DNA from: Obrimoposthia wandeli
Lineage: Eukaryota
Direction: 5' to 3'
NCBI GenBank assembly: GCA_977020255.1
Contig: CDROCS010002866.1
Coordinates: forward strand, 310,001-374,000
Length of the DNA stretch: 64,000 nucleotides
The notes below the pieces were generated by a model. It made no database searches, had not been told where the DNA came from, and was given only the letters and a program-made list of their open reading frames with translations. Below are positions 9,517 through 20,934 of the stretch, piece by piece. The position numbers and the translations under genes are program-made. Each line of letters opens with the position of its first letter. Position 1 is the first letter of the stretch.

Positions 9517-10557
9517 ATGAAATTAAAATCATATGGTTTTACAGTGGCTGCGTTAAGCCTTGCAATTTTAAGCGGCTGTGCAAATAACATTAAACAAGAT
9601 TACTCATCTACGGCTTTAAGCGATGATCAAAACAGAATTGCGCAACTAGAAGCTGAACTAAGCAAGTTAAAAGGTTCTGATTTAGCTCAAACACTCACGC
9701 CACCTAATGCAAAAGCGGGTGAATGTTGGGCACGCGTGCTAACACCAGCAAAGTACAAATCGCAAAGCCAAACAATTCAAACTCTTGCGCCTTCACAGCG
9801 TATCGAAACAACCAAGGCGCAATACGCAAACTCAACGCAACGTGTTGTAGCGACAGGAGAAAGTACTCGCTTAAGAATTATCCCTGCTACTTTTAAATCA
9901 ATCACTGAAACAATTGTTGTTCAAGAAGCTTCTACAAGATTAGTGAAAACACCCGCAACATTTAAAACAACTTCTGAGAAAGTCCTGGTATCCCCTGAAA
10001 GAACTGAATGGAAAAAAGGCCGTGGCCCAATCCAGAAGATTGATACATTAACAGGTGAAATAATGTGCCTAGTAAAAGTGCCTGCTGTATATAAAACAGT
10101 TAGTAAGCGTGTTGTTGATCGTCCAGCTAGCGTTGAAACAATAGTGGTACCCGCTGAAACTAAAACCATTACTCGTCGTGTGGTAGATCAAGCAGCTACC
10201 ACTCGTTCTGAAGTGGTTCCTGCTACTTACAAGAACATTCATGTTCATAAATTAGTACAACCTGCCACTCAACGAACAATCGAAATTCCAGGAAAAAGCA
10301 AATCAGTTACAACGCGCGTGAAAGTGATAGACGCTAAGCTTGAGTGGAGATCTATCCTTTGTGAAACAAATACCAATGGTGATGTTGTAAGACGCTTACA
10401 GCGCGCTCTGAAAGCTGAAAACTACAACCCAGGCCCTATTGATGGTATTTTGGGTAGAGAGACGTTAAGTGCTGTTAATGGTTACCAAAAAGCCAACAAC
10501 CTAGCTTCTGGTCAGTTGACTATAGCAACGCTGAATAAACTTGGCGTAGCGCAATAA
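9517..10557 (+). CDS. Lipoprotein with internal PAx(Y/F)Kxxxx(V/I)V repeats and C-terminal peptidoglycan-binding domain
   Basis: Lipobox LSGC; about 8 repeats; C-terminal VRRLQRALKAENYNPGPIDGILGRETLSAVNGYQKAN (PG_binding_1-like). Confidence 0.75.
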   Translation: MKLKSYGFTVAALSLAILSGCANNIKQDYSSTALSDDQNRIAQLEAELSKLKGSDLAQTLTPPNAKAGECWARVLTPAKYKSQSQTIQTLAPSQRIETTKAQYANSTQRVVATGESTRLRIIPATFKSITETIVVQEASTRLVKTPATFKTTSEKVLVSPERTEWKKGRGPIQKIDTLTGEIMCLVKVPAVYKTVSKRVVDRPASVETIVVPAETKTITRRVVDQAATTRSEVVPATYKNIHVHKLVQPATQRTIEIPGKSKSVTTRVKVIDAKLEWRSILCETNTNGDVVRRLQRALKAENYNPGPIDGILGRETLSAVNGYQKANNLASGQLTIATLNKLGVAQ

Positions 10558-10612
10558 TTCAAATTGAACATCTGAAGCCGTAACATCATTACTGCTTCAG
10601 ATTATTTGATAT

Positions 10613-10636
10613 AAAAACCGCATTAGCGGTTTTTTT
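10613..10636. terminator. Bidirectional intrinsic terminator
   Basis: AAAAACCGC-ATTA-GCGGTTTTTT between convergent genes; a second hairpin ATCTGAAGC/GCTTCAGAT at 10570-10602. Confidence 0.75.
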
Positions 10637-10645
10637 CGATATAAA

Positions 10646-11389
10646 CTACGCTTTACTGCGCTGCCTTACCGCTTCGTATAAACACACGCCCGCGGCGACT
10701 GACACATTCAAACTGCTCACTTCTCCTGCCATTGGAAGCTTAAGCAGGAAATCACAGTTTTCTTGAGTTAGCCTGCGCATTCCTTTACCTTCCGCACCCA
10801 TAACAATTGCAAGGGGCCCTTCTAGATTTGCTTGGTAAAGGTTTTGCTCTGCATCACCTGAAGTACCCGCGATCCAAATACCTCTTTGCTGTAGCTGTTG
10901 TAACGTTCTAGATAAGTTAGTTACTTGTACGTAGGGAATAACATCTGTGGCCCCACAGGCAACTTTAGCGACTGTTGCATTTAAAGGGGCTGAGTTATTT
11001 TTAGGCGCAATAACAGCATGCACTCCAGCTGCATCGGCACTACGAATGCAAGCACCCAAATTGTGCGGGTCAGTGACGCCATCTAGTACTAACAAGAAAG
11101 CGGGATCTTCTAATTTTTCAAGTAGTTCATTAAGAAATTTTTCATCTTCCGCTTTAATTGGTTCACAAAGTACAACAACACCTTGGTGGCTAGCTTTATC
11201 TGTAAGCTCATCTAATATTTTGCGATTACAACGCTCAATCTCAATATCTAATTGCTGTGCTGTATCGATAACTTCTCCTATACGATCATCTTTACGATCA
11301 GCAATAATCAGCATTTTTTGGATACGTGATGCATTGTATTTCAAAGTTGTTTTCACTGCATGAAAACCAAAAAGTACATCAGGTTTCAA
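10646..11389 (-). CDS. rlmB: 23S rRNA Gm2251 2'-O-methyltransferase
   Basis: FGFHAV start region, LDGVTDPHNLGACIRSADAAG, GAEGKG, SLNVSVA (SPOUT). Start reassigned to TTG at 11389, overlapping the hemH stop. Confidence 0.92.
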   Translation of the reverse strand: MKPDVLFGFHAVKTTLKYNASRIQKMLIIADRKDDRIGEVIDTAQQLDIEIERCNRKILDELTDKASHQGVVVLCEPIKAEDEKFLNELLEKLEDPAFLLVLDGVTDPHNLGACIRSADAAGVHAVIAPKNNSAPLNATVAKVACGATDVIPYVQVTNLSRTLQQLQQRGIWIAGTSGDAEQNLYQANLEGPLAIVMGAEGKGMRRLTQENCDFLLKLPMAGEVSSLNVSVAAGVCLYEAVRQRSKA

Positions 11390-12410
11390 TTGTTTCTCCC
11401 AGCCAATCTGCGGCTTGTTGTTGTAAAATAGTAGAAAGTGTATCGATGAAAAGTGGCTGGGCATTTAAAGCTGCGATATAACGATACTCACTGCCACCAT
11501 TTTCAATAAAAATTTGTTTGTTCGTTTGTGCTATTTCTTCTAATGTTTCCAAGCAATCTGCAGAAAAAGCAGGACAAATAACATCTATAGATTCGATTCC
11601 ATCCTTAGCTAACTGCTCCAAGGTAACATCTGTATAAGGCTCTACCCATTTAGTAACGCCAAATCGAGATTGAAAACTACTAATAATATTATTAGCATGC
11701 GCAGCAAATGACCCACAAAGCAGTGCTTCTTTCACTAATCGTGTCGTTTCAAAACACTGTCGTGGATACGGGTCTCCATCATCGGCGTATTGCTGAGGAA
11801 TACCATGATAAGAAAACATTATTTTCTGTGCAGGCCCATGCTCACTCCAATGTTTTTCAATGCTTTGAGTAAGGGCTTGGATATATAAAGGGTGATTGTA
11901 GTAAGATTTTAGGATTCTAATATCTAATACATCACGCGCATTCTTTTGAAATTGGGCTACTTTATCGTATACAGGGCCAGTAGATGTCGCTGAATACTGT
12001 GGGAAAAGTGGCATAACAAAAACTTGGCTATATCCTTGCTGCTGTAATTGTTGTAACACTGAGGTTAAATTAGACGCTCCATATGTCATTGCTGCAAACA
12101 CTTGTGGGGGATTACTATATATATGCGTTAACGATTTTTGCAGTTCAGCCACTTGGTTTTGTAAAATAATGCGCATTGGAGAATCTTCTTGCCATATCTC
12201 TTGATAAAGCTTGGCTACTTTTTTGGGGCGCGTGCGCAACACAATCAAGTTCAATATCGCAAGCCATAGCCATCGCCTAGGCCCACGCCCTTCTATTACT
12301 CTTGAATCTGCTAAAAACTCACCTAGAAATGCTCTAACAGATTGCTCACTTGCTTGCTCTGGAGTACCTAGATTTACTAACACTACGGCCGTTTTTTCAA
12401 CCTGAGACAT
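11379..12410 (-). CDS. hemH: Ferrochelatase
   Basis: VLVNLGTPE, PLFPQYSATS, FSYHGIP, SFQSRFG, FSADCLETLEEI motifs. Confidence 0.96.
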   Translation of the reverse strand: MSQVEKTAVVLVNLGTPEQASEQSVRAFLGEFLADSRVIEGRGPRRWLWLAILNLIVLRTRPKKVAKLYQEIWQEDSPMRIILQNQVAELQKSLTHIYSNPPQVFAAMTYGASNLTSVLQQLQQQGYSQVFVMPLFPQYSATSTGPVYDKVAQFQKNARDVLDIRILKSYYNHPLYIQALTQSIEKHWSEHGPAQKIMFSYHGIPQQYADDGDPYPRQCFETTRLVKEALLCGSFAAHANNIISSFQSRFGVTKWVEPYTDVTLEQLAKDGIESIDVICPAFSADCLETLEEIAQTNKQIFIENGGSEYRYIAALNAQPLFIDTLSTILQQQAADWLGETIET

Positions 12411-12441
12411 TTATACTCACTACTTATTTTAAAAAAGCACA

Positions 12442-12468
12442 AAAAAAGCCGCTCATGGCGGCTTTTTT
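12442..12468 (-). terminator. Intrinsic terminator downstream of adk
   Basis: AAAAAAGCCGC-TCATG-GCGGCTTTTTT hairpin with A/T tracts on both sides. Confidence 0.75.
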
Positions 12469-12482
12469 AATTATAAAGCTTA

Positions 12483-13163
<681 letters not shown>

Positions 13164-13412
13164 TTAAAAAAATGGTTTAGTCGCATTTACACTTAATGTT
13201 CTCTATTGTGTTATCACTAGTATCTATAAGTATGGACAGGATACCTTATATATTTTTATACACTATAGGACATAAGTAGCAACGCTTAGCCTTAACGCAT
13301 TGGAGCTGCGCTAAGCTTAATATTTCAGTTTACTTAAAACTACAAAGCAGCCGAGAGTAATCTAAAGCGCTTTAGGACTCAACCATTATTAACATTAAAT
13401 AGGGTATTTAAC

Positions 13413-14252
13413 TTACAAACCTCGTTTTTTAGCATCATTCCAAAAGCCATCTAACTCCACTAGGTGAAATTCTTCCCAATCTCTTTCACTAGTAACAACT
13501 TGTTGCTCTACATATTTAAAACGGCGATAAAATTTTTGATTAGTTCCTCTTAATGCCTCTTCTGCATTTACGCCTAAATGCCGTGCTAAATTAACTTGAG
13601 CAAAAATAAAATCACCCATTTCATCTTTAACAGCATCGATGTTTTTACTGGCTACCGCTTCTTTTAGCTCTGCTAACTCTTCTTCAATTTTTGCTATGAC
13701 AGGATCTAAATCACTCCAATCAAAGCCTACTTTGGCAGCACGATTTTGCAATTTTTGCGCTCTTAGTAAAGCAGGTAATGCTTTAGGAACATCATCCAAA
13801 ATAGAATTATTACTGTTGCGAGCAATACTTTTTTGTTCACGCTCCCACTGCTTTATTTTTTCCCAACTTTGACCAATTTCTTCTTCACTAGGCTTTTGGG
13901 TAACCTTTACTTCCAATTGTTGATCTAAAAAAACATGTGGATGGCGGCGAATAAGCTTACTCACTAACTGATGAATCACATCGGAAAAATCAAATAAGCG
14001 TTGCTCACTTGCCATTTGACTGTAGAAAATTATCTGAAAAAGTAAATCACCTAATTCTTCCGACAAGTGTGCCCAATCTTTTGCTTCGATGGCATCAATC
14101 ACCTCATAGCATTCTTCTAATGTATAAGGCACTACACTTGCAAAATCTTGTTTTATATCCCAAGGGCAGCCAAATTCTGGGTCCCTTAACCGCTCCATTA
14201 AATAAACAAGATCTGTTAGAGCATATCTTCTATCAAGTGATTCATTACTCAC
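13413..14252 (-). CDS. mazG: Nucleoside triphosphate pyrophosphohydrolase
   Basis: LRDPEFGCPWD, EECYEVIDAI, EELGDLLFQ; tandem MazG domains; follows relA. Confidence 0.96.
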   Translation of the reverse strand: MSNESLDRRYALTDLVYLMERLRDPEFGCPWDIKQDFASVVPYTLEECYEVIDAIEAKDWAHLSEELGDLLFQIIFYSQMASEQRLFDFSDVIHQLVSKLIRRHPHVFLDQQLEVKVTQKPSEEEIGQSWEKIKQWEREQKSIARNSNNSILDDVPKALPALLRAQKLQNRAAKVGFDWSDLDPVIAKIEEELAELKEAVASKNIDAVKDEMGDFIFAQVNLARHLGVNAEEALRGTNQKFYRRFKYVEQQVVTSERDWEEFHLVELDGFWNDAKKRGL

Positions 14253-14261
14253 TACTCATCC

Positions 14262-16532
14262 TCAATTCTTAACATTTCTATTACGGTGAACACTGATAAC
14301 ATTAGGTACTTGATTTAACTTATCCATTAAGCGCCCCAAACTTTCCAACCTAGAGACTTCAATGGTAAAGATTGATTCAGCAGTGCTATTTTGTCGATCA
14401 GTTTTCGTATTTGCCGAAACAACATTGCTTTGCTCATTAGCGAAAACATTCATAAGGTCTCTTAATAAACCAGAACGATCATACGCAAGGATCACGACAT
14501 CAACAGGAAAAGTTCGCCCCCCTTTTTCACCCCATTCCACAGGTACGACTCGCACTGCATCATTAGCACGTAATGTCATCAAGTTAGAGCAGTCGTCACG
14601 GTGTATTGACACGCCCTTGCTTAACGTAATATAACCATTAATGATATCTCCTGGGACTGGCTGGCAACACGAAGCAATATTTGTTAATAAATTCCCAACC
14701 CCTAGAATACTGATACCTGTATCGCCTAATGAGTTATTCGATGGTTTTTTACCTTCTGTTAAAGCAAGTGGTAATTGATCATCTACCTCTTTTTCCCCCA
14801 GTTGTGACTGCGCAGCATTTAGTATTTGCGATAGCCTTACATCACCCGCCCCAAGAGCAGCGTACATGTCATCAACTTGATGATAATTCACTTCTTTGGC
14901 TACTACTTTAAGGTCTATTTCGTTACTATTAATAGCTAATCTTACAAATTCTCTGTCAATAATATTACGACCTGCAATAATATTCTTATCCCTATCTTGC
15001 AGTTTAAACCAGTGGGCAACCCTAGCTCTTGCTTTAGAGGTTGTCACATAACCTAAATTGGCATTTAGCCAATCTCTACGAGGGCGCTGCTCTGACCCCG
15101 TTAAAATTTCAACTTGATCCCCTGTCGTCAATGGCTTATTTAACGTCACGATTCGACCATTTACTTTTGCACCGCAGCAACGATGACCAATTTCAGTATG
15201 TACACGATAAGCAAAATCGACAGCAGTAGAGCCTTTTTGCATATCAATGACATGACCATCAGGTGTAAATAAATACAGCCTATCTTGTACGACGTCTGTT
15301 CTTAGTATTTCTCCTAAGCCTTCGGCCTCACCTAAGTCTTCATGCCATTCTAGTACTTGTCGTAACCAAGTGATTTTATCTTCATAAGAATCACTATTTG
15401 AATCTGTATCAGTGCCTTTATATACATGATGCGCACAAACGCCTAATTCCGCTTCTTCATGCATTTCTGGAGTACGTATTTGGATTTCAAGTACTTTACC
15501 TTCAGGACCAAATACAGCCGTATGCAATGACCGATAACCGTTAGGTTTAGGTGAAGCAATGTAATCGTCGAATTCATGGGGAATATTGCGCCATATACCG
15601 TGAACAATGCCTAATGCTGCATAACAATCTCGAACATTAGGCACTAAAACTCGCACTGCGCGCATATCGTAAACTTGCGAAAATTCAATATTTTTACGCT
15701 GCATTTTACGCCAAATACTATAGATATGCTTAGCACGCCCTTCTACATCAGATTCAATATTTTGCTCTAGTAATTTGCTGTAAACAGTTTCCACAGCAGT
15801 ATCGATAAATTCTTGGCGCTCGATACGCTTACCATCTAACATGTTGGCAATTGTTTTGTAGTCATTGGGCTTTAGATAGCGAAACGAAAGATCTTCAAGC
15901 TCCCACTTTATATGACCAATGCCTAATCTGTGCGCGAGAGGAGCATAGATATCAAACACCTCTCGCGCCACTAAATAGCGCTTCATTCTATCGGCATTTT
16001 TTACATTTCGAATAGCACAGGTACGCTCTGCTATTTTGATCAACGCGACGCGCACATCATCAATCATAGCTACTAACATTTTCCGCACAGTATCAACTTG
16101 CGGAGCATCAGAACCTAACACCGCCTCACCAGTGCGTGGGTTGATACGACTACCGATTGCCGCCATTTGTAGCACCCCTTCAATACAGGTACTAATTTTT
16201 ACGCCAAACGATTGCTTCACACGCTCAATTGATAGCTTTTGCTCTCTTACTGAGCGGTACAAAATAGCGGCGATGATAGAATCTTCATCTTGTTGCAGTT
16301 CAGATAAGATTTGCGCCATTTCTAGCCCAATAAGAAAACTACCACTACCGTATTTGCTCCAATCTTCATCAATATTTTGCTGCTGGTCAAAAGCATCCCT
16401 TGCCATTTCGCACGCTTGATAGACTTTATCTGGATTTTCAAGACTGACTTGCTCTTCAATCATTGAAATCCAAAGTGTAATATCTACTGTGCCATCTTCA
16501 TGCACAGGATGGTCGTCTCTTACCTTTACCAT
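14262..16532 (-). CDS. relA: GTP pyrophosphokinase, (p)ppGpp synthetase I
   Basis: YAPLAHRLG, GRAKHIYSIWRKM, PKPNGYRSLHT, EIQIRT; TGS, zinc-finger and ACT domains; degenerate HD hydrolase motif. Confidence 0.97.
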   Translation of the reverse strand: MVKVRDDHPVHEDGTVDITLWISMIEEQVSLENPDKVYQACEMARDAFDQQQNIDEDWSKYGSGSFLIGLEMAQILSELQQDEDSIIAAILYRSVREQKLSIERVKQSFGVKISTCIEGVLQMAAIGSRINPRTGEAVLGSDAPQVDTVRKMLVAMIDDVRVALIKIAERTCAIRNVKNADRMKRYLVAREVFDIYAPLAHRLGIGHIKWELEDLSFRYLKPNDYKTIANMLDGKRIERQEFIDTAVETVYSKLLEQNIESDVEGRAKHIYSIWRKMQRKNIEFSQVYDMRAVRVLVPNVRDCYAALGIVHGIWRNIPHEFDDYIASPKPNGYRSLHTAVFGPEGKVLEIQIRTPEMHEEAELGVCAHHVYKGTDTDSNSDSYEDKITWLRQVLEWHEDLGEAEGLGEILRTDVVQDRLYLFTPDGHVIDMQKGSTAVDFAYRVHTEIGHRCCGAKVNGRIVTLNKPLTTGDQVEILTGSEQRPRRDWLNANLGYVTTSKARARVAHWFKLQDRDKNIIAGRNIIDREFVRLAINSNEIDLKVVAKEVNYHQVDDMYAALGAGDVRLSQILNAAQSQLGEKEVDDQLPLALTEGKKPSNNSLGDTGISILGVGNLLTNIASCCQPVPGDIINGYITLSKGVSIHRDDCSNLMTLRANDAVRVVPVEWGEKGGRTFPVDVVILAYDRSGLLRDLMNVFANEQSNVVSANTKTDRQNSTAESIFTIEVSRLESLGRLMDKLNQVPNVISVHRNRNVKN

Positions 16533-16828
16533 GGCAAATAGCCACTCCTTGTTGGTAATGTGATTACCTAAAAATTCACCACGTTTTATAGTTTTCTATT
16601 AGTACAAAAATCTACAAAACGCATTGTTAACTGCACATTTCGATATTTAAAATTATTGCTGCCTGGTTAAAAAGTGTAAGCACTTTATTCATTGATTTGT
16701 GTTTTTTAGCATAGGTAATTGGGCATTTTTAGCCAAATAACACTTGTGGTTAACGTGAAATCAATGATTTAAAAAACAACAAAAATTAAAGCCGTTGACT
16801 GAAATTACAAAATGTAATCTCTATACAC

Positions 16829-17725
16829 TTATTTAAAAACCCCTGTCGATAAATACCTATCGCCACGGTCGCATATAATACAAACAATCACAGAGTTTGA
16901 TACACGCTTCGCTATCTCTAATGCCCCTGCCACCGCTCCACCAGAAGACACTCCACAAAAAATACCTTCCTCTGTGGCCAAGGCGCGCATTGTTTGCTCT
17001 GCATCTTGTTGGTTTATATCTAATATAGTATCAATTTTACTTTCATCAAATATTTCTGGTAGATATGCTTTAGGCCAACGACGTATTCCCGGTATAGAGG
17101 CTCCATCTGCAGGCTGCAGGCCAACAATTTCAATATCGGCGTTTTGCTCTTTAAGATAGGCAGAAGTTCCCATGATAGTTCCTGTTGTGCCCATAGAACT
17201 TACGAAGTGCGTTATTCTGCCTTCAGTTTGCTGCCATATTTCAGGTCCTGTACCTTCATAATGCGCAATAGGATTATCAGCATTTGAGAATTGATCTAAC
17301 ACCACGCCTTCACCACGTTCATGCATCTGTTTAGCTAAATCTCTAGCGTACTCCATTCCCTGCTCTGCGCTAACTTCGATCAATTTTGCTCCATAAGCAC
17401 TCATTGATGTTTTTCGCTCTGCGCTCATATTATCTGGCATGATTAGTACCATTTTGTAGCCTTTAATCGCAGCCGCCATAGCTAATGCGATACCGGTATT
17501 ACCTGAAGTCGCTTCAATTATTGTATCTCCCTGCTGTATATCTCCACGTTGCTCTGCACGATTAATCATCGACATTGCCGGGCGATCTTTAACAGATCCA
17601 GCTGGGTTGTTGCCCTCTAATTTGCACAACACAGTATTGTTATTAGCCACTTGAAGGCGCTGTAATCTAACCAACGGGGTATTGCCAATGTAATCTTCAA
17701 TTGTAGGAAATTGTTTTGTCATCAC
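16829..17725 (-). CDS. cysM: Cysteine synthase B
   Basis: KLEGNNPAGSVKDR, EATSGNTGIALA, GTTGT; upstream of relA as in pseudomonads. Confidence 0.95.
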   Translation of the reverse strand: MMTKQFPTIEDYIGNTPLVRLQRLQVANNNTVLCKLEGNNPAGSVKDRPAMSMINRAEQRGDIQQGDTIIEATSGNTGIALAMAAAIKGYKMVLIMPDNMSAERKTSMSAYGAKLIEVSAEQGMEYARDLAKQMHERGEGVVLDQFSNADNPIAHYEGTGPEIWQQTEGRITHFVSSMGTTGTIMGTSAYLKEQNADIEIVGLQPADGASIPGIRRWPKAYLPEIFDESKIDTILDINQQDAEQTMRALATEEGIFCGVSSGGAVAGALEIAKRVSNSVIVCIICDRGDRYLSTGVFK

Positions 17726-17845
17726 TTAACCTTTTCAAGTATTAACACTTACTTATATGCGTATGTGCATTGGTTATATCAAATTAGTTCTAATACAATG
17801 AGCGTATAATTCCATGATTTAATTCATTCAATTAAGCGCTAAAAA

Positions 17846-18217
17846 TTATTCTAACACTGCCATAGCAACGACAAATTCTCGCTCATCACTGTAAGATAAA
17901 TGGCAATGGGTAGCCTCTAGTAGCTCTGCTCTTTGCTTTGCACCTAAGCTAAGTGTTACTAAAGGCTTACCTAATGCACCTTTAACTATTTCAATATGTT
18001 GCCAGCCAACACCATTACCAATTCCCGTACCTAATGCTTTGACTATCGCCTCTTTAGCCGCAAAGCGTTTTGCTAAGTATCGGCCCGGTTGCGTAGACAC
18101 TGAAAATTCCGCTAATTCTGCTGGCGATAAAATCCGTTCTGCAAATTTTACATTACGCGCTAGTACATTTTCAATACGCGAAACTTTTAATAAATCCGTA
18201 CCTATACCTTTAATCAT
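17846..18217 (-). CDS. acpS: Holo-[acyl-carrier-protein] synthase
   Basis: GIGTDL, RFAAKEA, LSYSDE motifs. Confidence 0.95.
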   Translation of the reverse strand: MIKGIGTDLLKVSRIENVLARNVKFAERILSPAELAEFSVSTQPGRYLAKRFAAKEAIVKALGTGIGNGVGWQHIEIVKGALGKPLVTLSLGAKQRAELLEATHCHLSYSDEREFVVAMAVLE

Positions 18218-18398
18218 TTATTGTCATCTACCTAGCGCATTTAAATTCATAGGGACTCTATCTTGTTACTGCTTCGTGAGTCTCAGTGATAAATAATTAA
18301 TTATAGCTATAAACTGCAGTTTTCGGTTATCCGTGCTGACGTCATTTCATCTTTACTTGCTGGCTCGCCACTTCGCAAAAAAATCATTCACAATATTA

Positions 18399-19097
18399 TC
18401 AGCGCGGTTTAACGTTTAGTAACTGACGACTATTAAGCTCTTTACCTTGCATCAAATTATCTATTTGTAATCGATTAAACCTTTTAGCGCTCATACGTAT
18501 TGCTTTACTGGGATAGTCATCATTGGCAATTGCATTTAAATGCTCGCCTAAAAAGCAATTTGATTTATGTTTGTCTTCTATAGTGACCATTTTTTTTAAA
18601 ACAAGTTGAACTGGATCAAAAAAATAAATGCTAGATCCATCAATATCCAAGAGATCTATCCCGTAACCTAAAACACTTATTAGCTTTCGTTCAAAAATGC
18701 GCAATGGAATTTCTATATCTTGATTGACCAAGGCTGTAATTAAATACTGATAATAAACAAAGAGCTTAGGATATGGCTCAAAAGTAGGTAATAATTTCAA
18801 CAACAATTCGTTGACGTACAAACCACAAATTAATGCTTTACCTGATAACAGACCTATATGACCAGTACTTTCTATTAAAGTTAGGGTTTTTAAATCGTTT
18901 CGCCCCTGCCATGCAACTTGAAGAGGGACAAAAGGTTGTAAAATTGCTCTGGATTTAGAACCAGGACGGCGCATTCCACGGCTCACTGCGCCGATTCTGC
19001 CATGCTCTAAAGTAAACAGTTCCACTATGGCGCTGCTATCTCGATATGGACGAGTATGTAATACGTAAGCCGCTTGCCCTTCAACACGATACTTCAA
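18399..19097 (-). CDS. recO: DNA repair protein RecO
   Basis: AYVLHTRPYRDSS, LQPF, GLYVNELL; follows era. Confidence 0.95.
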   Translation of the reverse strand: MKYRVEGQAAYVLHTRPYRDSSAIVELFTLEHGRIGAVSRGMRRPGSKSRAILQPFVPLQVAWQGRNDLKTLTLIESTGHIGLLSGKALICGLYVNELLLKLLPTFEPYPKLFVYYQYLITALVNQDIEIPLRIFERKLISVLGYGIDLLDIDGSSIYFFDPVQLVLKKMVTIEDKHKSNCFLGEHLNAIANDDYPSKAIRMSAKRFNRLQIDNLMQGKELNSRQLLNVKPR

Positions 19098-19251
19098 TAA
19101 ATCACCTAGTTAGCATTTAAGTAAAAACTATAAATAGCTTCAATAACGCCAAAAAAATTTCAATCCGTATATCACTCAGCTTTACATCTTATTGTGATAA
19201 AGCCAGTAACTATGTCCAAAGAACAAGTGCCATATATCTAATAATAAGTCG

Positions 19252-20190
19252 TTATGAATTTAAATCATAACCTAAGCTGCGTAGAGCTCGTTCGTCGTCA
19301 GCCCAACCTCGACGCACTTTAACCCAAAGCTTTAACATTACTTTAGATTCATATAAGTGCTCTATATCTAAGCGTGCATCGCGGCCTATCGTTTTCATTC
19401 GATCGCCTTTATCGCCGATTAAAATCCTTTTTTGCCCTTCTCGCTCTACTAAAATCAATGCACTTATAGTCAATAATTCGCTATCACGCACAAACTCTTC
19501 TATTTCAACCGTGGCACCATAAGGCACTTCATCACCGACATTACGCATTACTTTTTCACGCACAATTTCAGCAACCATAAAACGGCCACTTTTATCCGTT
19601 ATTTGATCTTCGGGAAAGTGATGCTCTCCATCTGGCATATAGCTATTAATTAATGCTTCTAGCTTATCAACGTTGGTACCTACTTTAGCTGAAATCGGCA
19701 TGATTTCTGCAAAGTCCATCATCGCTGAAACTTTTTCTATCTGTGGAAAAAGGTCGCTTTTATCTGCCAATTGATCAACTTTATTAATTACCAATATAAC
19801 TGGACAGGGGCTGTGCCTCACTTTCTCTAGCACTATTTGATCTTCTTCAGTCCAAGCCGTTCTATCTATAATAAAAACAACTAGGTCTACACCACGTAAT
19901 GCTTCAGTCGCCGCTTTATTCATGTAGCGGTTAAGCGCAATATCTTTCTCTTTATGTAAACCTGGGGTATCTACATAGACCACTTGTCGGTCTTTTTCAG
20001 TTTTAATACCAAAAATTTGATGCCGAGTTGTTTGGGGCTTCTTTGAAGTAATACTTAGCTTTTGACCCAATATGGTATTCATTAAAGTAGATTTACCCAT
20101 ATTAGGGCGACCTACGATGGCGACAAAGCCACATTTTTGATCCAACTTACCTTCAGCGGTAAAAAAGTCGTTCAATAAGTTGTCGCTCAT
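19252..20190 (-). CDS. era: GTPase Era
   Basis: [17 protein letters not shown] and C-terminal KH domain. Confidence 0.97.
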   Translation of the reverse strand: MSDNLLNDFFTAEGKLDQKCGFVAIVGRPNMGKSTLMNTILGQKLSITSKKPQTTRHQIFGIKTEKDRQVVYVDTPGLHKEKDIALNRYMNKAATEALRGVDLVVFIIDRTAWTEEDQIVLEKVRHSPCPVILVINKVDQLADKSDLFPQIEKVSAMMDFAEIMPISAKVGTNVDKLEALINSYMPDGEHHFPEDQITDKSGRFMVAEIVREKVMRNVGDEVPYGATVEIEEFVRDSELLTISALILVEREGQKRILIGDKGDRMKTIGRDARLDIEHLYESKVMLKLWVKVRRGWADDERALRSLGYDLNS

Positions 20191-20879
20191 ATTTTTACAC
20201 CTTGTATTTCTAACTGATCAAGTGCTGCTTTAGCTGACTCTTGTTCTGCTTGTCTTCTGCTATTCGCCACGCCGAAAGTAGGATTGGCCAATTCAGAAAT
20301 AGTACATTTTATATAGAAAGTCTGATCATGAGCATCACCTTTTACATTCTCTAAATGATATTCAGGCAATGAGAGCCTTCTACTTTGCAAGAACTCTTGT
20401 AATCGAGTTTTAGAATCTTTCATTGTTTGATCTAAGCTCAATAGGCTTAAACGTGTTTCAAACCAAGCAAGAATATGATTTCTAACCACATCCATATCTG
20501 AATCGAGGTAAATAGCGCCAATGAGTGATTCTACTGAATCAGCTAAAATAGATTCTCGGCGACATCCGCCACTTTTAAGCTCTCCTGAGCCTAAGCGCAG
20601 GAAGTCTCCCATTTCCATATCTCTAGCAATTTCAGCAAGTGTTTTACCTTTTACCATCTGAGCACGTAAGCGACTTAACTGCCCTTCTTTAGCGGCTGGG
20701 AAGCGTTTAAACAAATCTTCAGCGATGACAAAATTGACGATTGAATCTCCGAGAAACTCTAAACGTTCATTATTCTTCTTCCCACAGCTTCTATGCGTGA
20801 GGGCCAATTCACAAAGACTGCTATCTTTGAATTGGTAGTTGATGCGGCGCATCAATACTTCAGGTGATTTAATTATCAA
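20187..20879 (-). CDS. rnc: Ribonuclease III
   Basis: [11 protein letters not shown] signature; dsRBD. Confidence 0.97.
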   Translation of the reverse strand: MIIKSPEVLMRRINYQFKDSSLCELALTHRSCGKKNNERLEFLGDSIVNFVIAEDLFKRFPAAKEGQLSRLRAQMVKGKTLAEIARDMEMGDFLRLGSGELKSGGCRRESILADSVESLIGAIYLDSDMDVVRNHILAWFETRLSLLSLDQTMKDSKTRLQEFLQSRRLSLPEYHLENVKGDAHDQTFYIKCTISELANPTFGVANSRRQAEQESAKAALDQLEIQGVKI

Positions 20880-20934
20880 TGTTATAACTTCGTTTATCTT
20901 TACAGTTTCATTTTATTAAACTTATGCGAACATT

